DNA of 32,000 bases from an uncultured bacterium (GTDB taxonomy: Bacteria > Patescibacteriota > Gracilibacteria > UBA1369 > PNNO01): contig OY969931.1 of assembly GCA_963704705.1 (NCBI GenBank), forward strand, positions 810,001 to 842,000. Reading direction: 5' to 3'. The notes under the pieces were generated by a model, which was not told the origin of the DNA, did not search any database, and worked only from the letters and a program-made list of their open reading frames with translations. The number at the start of each line of letters is the position of its first letter. Position 1 is the stretch's first letter. Below are positions 5,385-11,451 of this stretch, in pieces. A program made the position numbers and the translations under genes.

Positions 5385-6473
5385 ATGCCAGAAGTCCGTC
5401 AGACAAATCCCGAAGCAATAAAAGAACAATTAACTCAGCTTAAACCAAAACAAGCTGCCCGTATTTATAAAGGCACAAAAGAAGCAATTCAGAGAGTCGC
5501 TGATAAATTGCAACAAAACATTCCAAAAAATGATTTTTCTACAATAAAAACTGCTTTAGCTGCTTTAAAACCACAGGCCAGGAATTTTGAAACTTATATA
5601 AGAAGCAAATTGAACGGTTCAAATGAAACTATTCCGCTTTCAAGGATGCAGTTTTTAAGACGCTTAGTTCAATATAAAAATTCTCTCAAACAAAAATATC
5701 TTCCTTACAGATTGGCTGAAGAAAAACGCTTAAAAGAATCCTATAAAGAAACTTCAATTGAAAATATCAAATTCAGAAAATGGCAAAAATCAGACCTGGC
5801 GGCATTCTCGCAATTTTTAAAACAAAATGCCGGCGACAACAAAACTTTTCAGGCATACATACAAAAAAATCTTCACGTATGGAATCCAAAAGGTAATCCA
5901 AAATTATATTATCAACAGCAATGCGTTGAGATGTCTTTAATACTATTAATTGAGTTTTGTTATAAAAATCACATTGATCTGGCTTTACCGGCATCAAACA
6001 GCTATCTTAAAATGTCAAAATATAAAACACTCGAAAGTTTTATGAAAAATTTGTACCCCAAGCTTTCTGCATCGCATTTATACTCAGGTGCCGGCGGACT
6101 TGTAACAGAAATCCGGGAAAAAGATTTAAAAGCCGGAGATTGGATATCAATTAAACGTCCTCACGGCGGCTATCATGCATTAATCGTTACCGGAAATTAC
6201 GGCCAAGGACAATTGAGCGTAATGGCAGGCAGCCAAATGAATAAAGATTTCAGAAAATCAGCAGAAGTAAGAGAAGAAGTTGAAGAAATTTATCCAAAAG
6301 GATTTGTTAAAATCCAGTCAAAAGCCAAGCCAAATCAGGTAAAGATGCGTTATGGAGGATATGCCATTGATCCAATGGTAAATAGAGGTAAGGTTGAACA
6401 GAAAAATGGCACATATAAATTTTACAGATTGAATGTGGACAGGATGAATCAGGTTTTAAGCAGAATTAAATAG
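5385..6473 (+). CDS. Hypothetical protein, 362 aa, with a C-terminal NlpC/P60-like (papain-fold) Cys/His pattern
   Basis: ...YYQQQCVEMSLILLIEFCYKNHIDLALP... and ...LKAGDWISIKRPHGGYHALIVTG... match the NlpC/P60 layout (catalytic C, then G-D-hydrophobic...H-hydrophobic-hydrophobic). No signal peptide seen. Assignment is tentative. Confidence 0.6.
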   Translation: MPEVRQTNPEAIKEQLTQLKPKQAARIYKGTKEAIQRVADKLQQNIPKNDFSTIKTALAALKPQARNFETYIRSKLNGSNETIPLSRMQFLRRLVQYKNSLKQKYLPYRLAEEKRLKESYKETSIENIKFRKWQKSDLAAFSQFLKQNAGDNKTFQAYIQKNLHVWNPKGNPKLYYQQQCVEMSLILLIEFCYKNHIDLALPASNSYLKMSKYKTLESFMKNLYPKLSASHLYSGAGGLVTEIREKDLKAGDWISIKRPHGGYHALIVTGNYGQGQLSVMAGSQMNKDFRKSAEVREEVEEIYPKGFVKIQSKAKPNQVKMRYGGYAIDPMVNRGKVEQKNGTYKFYRLNVDRMNQVLSRIK

Positions 6474-6476
6474 ATT

Positions 6477-6526
6477 TGCTGCGGCTCTACTCCGCTTCGC
6501 TCCAGACGTTTCCTCCCGAGAGGAGA
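6477..6526 (+). repeat. GC-rich intergenic repeat element, copy C (R2 then R1, plus a small hairpin)
   Basis: TTGCTGCGGCTCT (6477-6489) followed by CTCCGCTTCGCTCCAGACG (6490-6508). A 7-bp stem TTTCCTC-ccga-GAGGAGA spans 6509-6526. The element starts 4 nt after the stop of 5385..6473. Confidence 0.65.
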
Positions 6527-6578
6527 TTTGACTTAGTGCGATTTTTCTTGCGCAGTGGGTATACCTGGCCCGGGCTGG
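6525..6578 (+). repeat. Intergenic repeat R3, copy a
   Basis: GATTTGAC...GATTTTTCTTGCGCAGTGGGTATACC-TGG-CCCGGG-CTGG. The 17-nt run GATTTTTCTTGCGCAGT (6540-6556) is identical to 10300-10316. Confidence 0.7.
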
Positions 6579-6620
6579 CATATTTGACCTCGATCCATTT
6601 TAATTGCGCTGTATGCGAAA

Positions 6621-6643
6621 GTGGTCACGTGACCACTTTTTTT
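6621..6643. terminator. Intrinsic terminator: perfect 16-nt palindrome GTGGTCACGTGACCAC + T7, between convergent genes
   Basis: GTGGTCACGTGACCAC (6621-6636) followed by TTTTTTT (6637-6643), preceded by GCGAAA. Confidence 0.7.
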
Positions 6644-6650
6644 AGAAAAA

Positions 6651-6672
6651 TTTAATCAAAATTTAATGATTG
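6651..6672 (+). repeat. AT-rich conserved box TTTAATCAAAATTTAATGATTG (copy 2)
   Basis: See 4497-4518. It is followed by TTGACA (6685-6690), a 16-nt spacer and TAACTT (6707-6712), a promoter-like arrangement with no plus-strand gene behind it. Confidence 0.6.
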
Positions 6673-6747
6673 GTTGATATACTTTTGACACCTAGGCAAA
6701 TATTATTAACTTGAATGGGATTGAGAAAAATCCCGGAAACAGCTTTT

Positions 6748-7863
6748 TTACTGCCTCGGCACATGACTTCCGCCACTGCTCATATTTAATATCTTAGCTA
6801 AAATTTCTTTCAAATTCGGTGTTTCGCCTCTTTCTTTTACAGCTTTCACTTCAACTTCAAATGAAACCATTACACTGTGGAATCCCTGCCTTAAAGCATT
6901 TTCATGAAAACTTCTTGGTTTCTCAGGTGAAACAACCTGATTCAAATCTTCAAATGAATGCTCGCGATTAGTTGCAAGGTATTTTTTTACATCATCAAGG
7001 CTATTTAAATTATTTCTCTTAATTAATTCCGGAAGTTCTTTTGAATATCGACCATTGGTTAAGTGATCAACGAGAACTTTTTCAACAAAATATGCCCGGA
7101 GTTCGCCATGCAAATATTGATCTCTGTTTGGTTTACGCGGTTCAAGCTTAAAAACCATGTCATGTAAATGCGATAGTTCATGTGTCTGAAAAATCCCTGC
7201 CCAGGTTTCTGTTACTTCAAATGGTCTGATTAAAAGAGCAACTATTCCATCAGGACTGCTGGTATCAATCACCAAAGCTTCCTTTTGAGTATGGTAACTT
7301 GCGCTTTCCGGAGTCAAAACAACCATCCAGCCTCCACTTTTATGACCGGTTTCAAGAGAAATAAATGCACGTCCTTTAAGTTCCGCCCATCTTACCATTT
7401 TTGTTCTAAAGGCTTTAATCGCGCTGAGCATTTGCATTTGTGGAGTTTTGGCATCTGCAAGCGCCAACGGCACATCTTTAAAATCCTTTTCAAAACCTCT
7501 GTCAAGAATTCCACGCATTTGTGCTCCTGTTGGGTGATTTTCAGGACTTTGAAAAATATTTGGAATTTGTTCTGAAGGATAATTCGATGTGTGGGGATTT
7601 TCCGGTGATTTTTTATCAGGTAAGCAGCCTAATTTTTCTTTATTTGAAACTCCTAAATATGCTCCTGCAGCCATAGTTGCAGTTACAGCAAGCGCTTGTT
7701 GCAAAAACTTTCTGCGTTCAAGCAAAATTTCTTCAGCTGCGCGTTTATCTTTTTTATCTCTTCCTGTGAGCTTTTGTTTTTCTTCAAGTGTTGATACGGT
7801 TTTTTTGGCTTCAGCATATTCACCGGCACCAAATAACTTATCTAAACCTTTTCTAAATCCCAT
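6748..7863 (-). CDS. Putative secreted zinc metalloprotease-like protein (HExxH) with a twin-arginine signal motif
   Basis: The Tat-like ...ERRKFLQQALAVTATMAAGAYLG... begins at residue 50, and THELSHLHD supplies HExxH. An alternative TTG start at 7725 would give MLERRKFL... (326 aa). Confidence 0.65.
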   Translation of the reverse strand: MGFRKGLDKLFGAGEYAEAKKTVSTLEEKQKLTGRDKKDKRAAEEILLERRKFLQQALAVTATMAAGAYLGVSNKEKLGCLPDKKSPENPHTSNYPSEQIPNIFQSPENHPTGAQMRGILDRGFEKDFKDVPLALADAKTPQMQMLSAIKAFRTKMVRWAELKGRAFISLETGHKSGGWMVVLTPESASYHTQKEALVIDTSSPDGIVALLIRPFEVTETWAGIFQTHELSHLHDMVFKLEPRKPNRDQYLHGELRAYFVEKVLVDHLTNGRYSKELPELIKRNNLNSLDDVKKYLATNREHSFEDLNQVVSPEKPRSFHENALRQGFHSVMVSFEVEVKAVKERGETPNLKEILAKILNMSSGGSHVPRQ

Positions 7864-7888
7864 AATAATAATTTAAAAGTAAGAGGAT

Positions 7889-7917
7889 ATTAAAACATTT
7901 ATATACAAAAAAGTCAA
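7889..7917 (-). promoter_or_regulatory. Possible promoter TTGACT-N17-TTTAAT for 6748..7863
   Basis: The minus strand has -35 TTGACT (7917..7912) and -10 TTTAAT (7894..7889). The -10 is weak. Confidence 0.3.
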
Positions 7918-7964
7918 GTATATTAAAAATCCCGGGAATTATATTTTATTTTCGCTCCGTTCCG

Positions 7965-10184
7965 CTAGTCTATCTTCACAAACATCAATCCCCCTGCAAA
8001 ATCAGTGAAGTCTTTTTCTGCGCCAACTATGTATTTAATTGGTGCTAAGTAATCCATAAATTCAGTGTATCCGGCTTTTTCATCTGCCGGCATTGGCTGT
8101 GTTTTTTCGATTTCCGCAACTATTGAGTCCACATATCCTAAAATATTCTCAACTGATAAAAAGCTAAATGCATTTGGATAACCTGATAAATAACTCATTC
8201 CAACTTTTACATCCGCATTTTCACTAACTGACGCTACTTTGCCGTAAACATTGTTATATCCAGAATAAAGAGCCAACGTTACGTAATTATCACTGTTTAT
8301 TCCGTAATATAATTCAATTGGATCAGTAAATGTGTCGCCGAACATCGCAAGGTCACCAAGTTCAGAAGGAGGAAGCATACTAAAATCAATTTTAATTCTG
8401 TTCATTGATTTTCCGTCTACCATTGCCGTATCTTTAACGATCACATTAGGATAATCAGTGTTTTCCGCTTTAATCTGATCAATCATTTCAACAATCAACG
8501 CATCTAAATTATCAATATCCTGCTGCGCCTGATCAGTGTATCCGGTTGCGTCAAAATATAATGAAATTCCAGGGATAATAGTCCCGGTATCCTGCAATAC
8601 AGATGCATAACCCTGATTAAGCCAATCCCCTCCTGAAACAATCACTCCTGATTCCTTAAGGCCGGCAAGAAGATCTGCGCCTGTTGCATCCAAAATATTA
8701 ATCAAACCATAACTTTCTCCGTACGATAAAAGGTTATTACCCGGAAGATTCTTATACATATATGGAGCCTTGCCGTTAAGGCTGTTTAATCCATCTACTC
8801 TGTAATGAACATTAAGTCCGCTAATGCTTGGAATTACTGCAAAAACACCTGACCCTTCAACCGCTGATCCAAAATAAATCATACCAACATTAGGAGTAGG
8901 AACACTTGCTATCAAATCATTGTAACTTTTGTTTTGTAAAAGGTTTTCACCGCCATTTTTAATTTTCTGAAGCGCTAAATATCGGTCTCCGAAAGAAGGC
9001 CATGCCAATAATGAGTCGTCTGTATATGCTAAATATAAATGCTGTTTTTCATTTGTGAATGTTTTGAATCCAAATAACGATGCCCTTGTGTAACCATTTA
9101 ACGCAGACATTTTATTAAACACATTTGTTAATTTTGCAGAGTCATCAACGGTAATTAACAAAGTCTGCCTCGGAACAAAACTGCTTGATTCACCCACTGC
9201 GTACATAACTTTAAATCCGTCACCAAATGAAGGCAGTAAATCACTATCGTAACTTAATCCAACTTTCGAAAGATCCGTTGCGAAATCTTTTAATATATCT
9301 TTAACAAAACCATCAACGTTACCTGCCGGTGATTTGCTTAAAAATCCGTTTAAAAGAGTTGTTTGATTTTTATCCTGCGTATCTAAAACCGCAAGTAACG
9401 ACGTATCATAATCAAAAAATTCTTCTTGTTCTAAATTGTAGGTTTTAAGAGGAGTTTTAATTACATTTTGAGGGCCGTAAGCGTCGTCATAACTTGTTAA
9501 ATTGTTATCCTGAAGGGTTTTTAATCTGTACAACATTTCTGCGACTTCTTCTCTGGTCATTGATTCGCCCGGCAAGTAATTCATTGAATTATTATCAAAT
9601 GAATACTGTATATGTTTTAGCCCAACCAAAAAATTACCAAGCGCGTAACTTACATATTGATAATACCACTCGCTTGAAGGTACATCAGAGTAATCTTCAA
9701 CCGGTGTATTTGTTGGATTGATATTTGGGAATTCAAGTAGCGCCATTTTTAAAGCCTCTGCCCTGTTTACGCACTGTGCCGGTTTAAATGTGCCGTCTTC
9801 GTAACCTCTAATAGTGTTTCGTTCACGTGCTTTTTTCACAAAAGGCGCATACCACTGGTCTGCGTATGTATCTGCGAAAAGCTGTGCCTGCGAATCTGCA
9901 GTATCAATCTGCAAAACATTATAAAGCATTTTTATAATTTCAGCTCTTTTAACACAATCGGTTTCTCTAAGGTCACCGGTTGTACCATCGCCTGTTAAAA
10001 TATTGTTTTCAAAAGCCCATGCCATTGCTGTGTCGTAATTGCTCATGTACTTAGACATTATAGGGCTGCTTAAAGGGTTGTTTAGAGTTGAAGGCTGATC
10101 TTCCGGGCTGATCAATTGCGCGCTTGCTGTAGAACTTGTTAGGAACAGTGCAAATGTTAGAAGGATTGCTGCGAACTTTTTCAT
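7965..10184 (-). CDS. Secreted surface protein with three N-terminal SLH (S-layer homology) domains and a large uncharacterised C-terminal region, 739 aa
   Basis: Signal peptide MKKFAAILLTFALFLTSSTASA. SLH-type segments include ...FADTYADQWYAPFVKKARERNTIRGYEDGTFKPAQCVNRAEALKMAL... and ...YSDVPSSEWYYQYVSYAL...MTREEVAEMLYRL. Confidence 0.8.
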   Translation of the reverse strand: MKKFAAILLTFALFLTSSTASAQLISPEDQPSTLNNPLSSPIMSKYMSNYDTAMAWAFENNILTGDGTTGDLRETDCVKRAEIIKMLYNVLQIDTADSQAQLFADTYADQWYAPFVKKARERNTIRGYEDGTFKPAQCVNRAEALKMALLEFPNINPTNTPVEDYSDVPSSEWYYQYVSYALGNFLVGLKHIQYSFDNNSMNYLPGESMTREEVAEMLYRLKTLQDNNLTSYDDAYGPQNVIKTPLKTYNLEQEEFFDYDTSLLAVLDTQDKNQTTLLNGFLSKSPAGNVDGFVKDILKDFATDLSKVGLSYDSDLLPSFGDGFKVMYAVGESSSFVPRQTLLITVDDSAKLTNVFNKMSALNGYTRASLFGFKTFTNEKQHLYLAYTDDSLLAWPSFGDRYLALQKIKNGGENLLQNKSYNDLIASVPTPNVGMIYFGSAVEGSGVFAVIPSISGLNVHYRVDGLNSLNGKAPYMYKNLPGNNLLSYGESYGLINILDATGADLLAGLKESGVIVSGGDWLNQGYASVLQDTGTIIPGISLYFDATGYTDQAQQDIDNLDALIVEMIDQIKAENTDYPNVIVKDTAMVDGKSMNRIKIDFSMLPPSELGDLAMFGDTFTDPIELYYGINSDNYVTLALYSGYNNVYGKVASVSENADVKVGMSYLSGYPNAFSFLSVENILGYVDSIVAEIEKTQPMPADEKAGYTEFMDYLAPIKYIVGAEKDFTDFAGGLMFVKID

Positions 10185-10271
10185 TTGGGGTGGGTTAAAT
10201 TTGATAATTTGCTATACCAATATACCGTTTTTTTTTAGAAATGTGAATTTTTGGTGCGCCATAGGTTTACT

Positions 10272-10283
10272 ATGCCCGGGCAT
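10272..10283. repeat. CCCGGG-centred palindrome ATGCCCGGGCAT
   Basis: Perfect 12-nt palindrome. It belongs to the family listed in the findings. Confidence 0.6.
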
Positions 10284-10285
10284 GG

Positions 10286-10351
10286 GATTTGACACCGGAG
10301 ATTTTTCTTGCGCAGTAGATATACCGATCCCGGGATCTCGTCACATGACGA
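10286..10351 (+). repeat. Intergenic repeat R3, copy b, plus a GTCACATGAC hairpin
   Basis: GATTTGAC...GATTTTTCTTGCGCAGTAGATATACC-GATCCCGGGATC (palindrome 10326-10337), then TCGTCACATGACGA (10338-10351) + CTTTTCTT. Compare 6525-6643. Confidence 0.7.
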
Positions 10352-10357
10352 CTTTTC

Positions 10358-10386
10358 TTGACTTACCACTATTTATGCAGTATAGT
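10358..10386 (+). promoter_or_regulatory. Promoter TTGACT-N17-TATAGT upstream of 10440..10652
   Basis: -35 at 10358-10363 and -10 at 10381-10386. Confidence 0.5.
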
Positions 10387-10424
10387 TACATTCTTGAAGT
10401 CGAGTCAGACAAAAAAGAGATATT

Positions 10425-10655
10425 TAACCCAATTCAACAATGAACGATAAAAAGCCAAATATGATCCAAAGTGTAAACGACTTAACCACTAAGCTAAAAA
10501 TGAAATTTGATAAACAACATTATGGCAAATGGGTGGCAATCAAAAACAAGAAAATACTTATGTCCAATACGGATCTTAAAATACTTATGGCTGAAGTGAA
10601 GGAAGTTGATAAAAGCGAAAATATTAATTATATGCTTGTGCCAATGGCTTAGGTT
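10425..10655 (+). repeat. 231-bp direct repeat, copy 1 (covers gene 10440..10652 plus 15 nt upstream)
   Basis: My manual alignment to 11138-11368 gives 12 substitutions in the 213-nt coding part, 6 synonymous and 6 non-synonymous, with the non-synonymous ones clustered at the termini. Confidence 0.85.
10440..10652 (+). CDS. Small protein, 70 aa, DUF5678-like (copy 1 of a duplicated gene)
   Basis: MNDKKPNMIQSVNDLTTKLKMKFDKQHYGKWVAIKNKKILMSNTDLKILMAEVKEVDKSENINYMLVP. The H-Y-G-K-W-V-A-I...(short beta-rich) layout recalls DUF5678/antitoxin-like small proteins. It has a paralog at 11153..11365. Confidence 0.7.
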   Translation: MNDKKPNMIQSVNDLTTKLKMKFDKQHYGKWVAIKNKKILMSNTDLKILMAEVKEVDKSENINYMLVPMA

Positions 10656-10664
10656 TTTAACTTA

Positions 10665-10732
10665 CGCTCACTCCATAGAGCCACCGCATTAAGGCTGCGG
10701 CTCTGACTTGGCGAACTTCGATACCGGGATCG
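10665..10732 (+). repeat. GC-rich intergenic repeat element, copy D (degenerate R1, R2, CGAT-ACCGGG-ATCG hairpin)
   Basis: CGCTCACTCCATAGAGCC (10665-10682), GGCTGCGGCTCTGAC (10693-10707), and TTCGATACCGGGATCGG, which is near-identical to 30725-30741. Confidence 0.55.
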
Positions 10733-10768
10733 GGAAAAATTCTTCCGCAACCTCTGCACAACCAACTG

Positions 10769-10797
10769 TTGACAATCGTGCTATTTGTTGTTAAAGT
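10769..10797 (+). promoter_or_regulatory. Promoter-like TTGACA-N17-TAAAGT upstream of the 104-aa ORF
   Basis: -35 at 10769-10774 and -10 at 10792-10797. If it is used, the ATG at 10824 is the likely start. Confidence 0.35.
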
Positions 10798-10799
10798 AT

Positions 10800-11099
10800 A
10801 TGACTAATAATAACCTACAAATAATGGATAAAGAAAAAACAAGAATCTATGAACATCAATGTAGACTGCTCGATAAGCAATGGCAGATATTAAGAAATTT
10901 CTGCATGGGTCCTGATAATATTGAGTCGATCATTGCGCTATTAATTGATCTTAAAAATATCAATGATGATGAAATAGAAGCTGTTTCATACTTTGCTTCA
11001 AAAATTAGAGAAGGAAAAATTTGTAAGCCAAAATCATCCGCAGAAGAAATTATTAGCGACATTAAAGAGGTAGTTGGTAAATTAGATAGTTTTAAATAA
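10800..11099 (+). CDS. Hypothetical helical protein (about 91-104 aa, start ambiguous: TTG 10785, ATG 10800, ATG 10824)
   Basis: The ORF track gives 10785..11099. No family recognised. It is sandwiched between the two copies of the duplicated 70-aa gene. Confidence 0.5.
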   Translation: MTNNNLQIMDKEKTRIYEHQCRLLDKQWQILRNFCMGPDNIESIIALLIDLKNINDDEIEAVSYFASKIREGKICKPKSSAEEIISDIKEVVGKLDSFK

Positions 11100-11137
11100 G
11101 AAAAATAATATTTGAAAAATTTGGCTCGCCAAATCGA

Positions 11138-11368
11138 TAACCAAATTCAACCATGAAGAATAAAAAGCAAAATATGATCCAAAGTGTAAACGACCTAACC
11201 ACTAAGCTAAAAATGAAGTTTGCTAAACAACATTATGGCAAATGGGTGGCAATCAAAAACAAAAAAATACTCATGTCCAATACGGATCTTAAAATACTTA
11301 TGGCTGAAGTGAAGGAGGTTGATAAAAGCGAAAATATTAATTACATGCTTGTGCCAACGGATTAGGTT
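11138..11368 (+). repeat. 231-bp direct repeat, copy 2
   Basis: See 10425-10655. Confidence 0.85.
11153..11365 (+). CDS. Small protein, 70 aa, DUF5678-like (copy 2)
   Basis: MKNKKQNMIQSVNDLTTKLKMKFAKQHYGKWVAIKNKKILMSNTDLKILMAEVKEVDKSENINYMLVPTD. It is followed by the R1-type CCTCGCTCCAAACC (11372-11385). Confidence 0.7.
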   Translation: MKNKKQNMIQSVNDLTTKLKMKFAKQHYGKWVAIKNKKILMSNTDLKILMAEVKEVDKSENINYMLVPTD

Positions 11369-11451
11369 GGGCCTCGCTCCAAACCTTTACCAATTTTAAT
11401 ATTGGTGTAACATAATGACAGTGTTTTTTTGCAGTAATAATATTTTTTCTT

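Noticed and set aside
10201-10443. 80-aa plus-strand ORF; its C-terminal ILEVESDKK resembles HigA's ALEVESDK, suggesting a higA 3' relic
   Set aside because: The ORF runs straight through non-coding repeat modules (two CCCGGG palindromes, R3, a terminator-like hairpin and a TTGACT/TATAGT promoter). The nucleotide similarity to the higA 3' end is only about 22/35 in my alignment. That is too weak to call a relic, and the ORF itself is almost certainly spurious.
10425-11368. Diversity-generating retroelement (TR/VR pair) as an explanation for the duplicated 231-bp segments
   Set aside because: The 12 substitutions involve all base types (C>G, G>A, C>A, T>C, A>G, A>C) rather than being adenine-specific. 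No reverse transcriptase gene is present in the window.
3402-11390. Integron cassette array with attC sites
   Set aside because: The post-gene repeats are not flanked by RYYYAAC/GTTRRRY core sites, they do not form the typical long imperfect attC palindrome, and no intI-like tyrosine recombinase or attI is visible.
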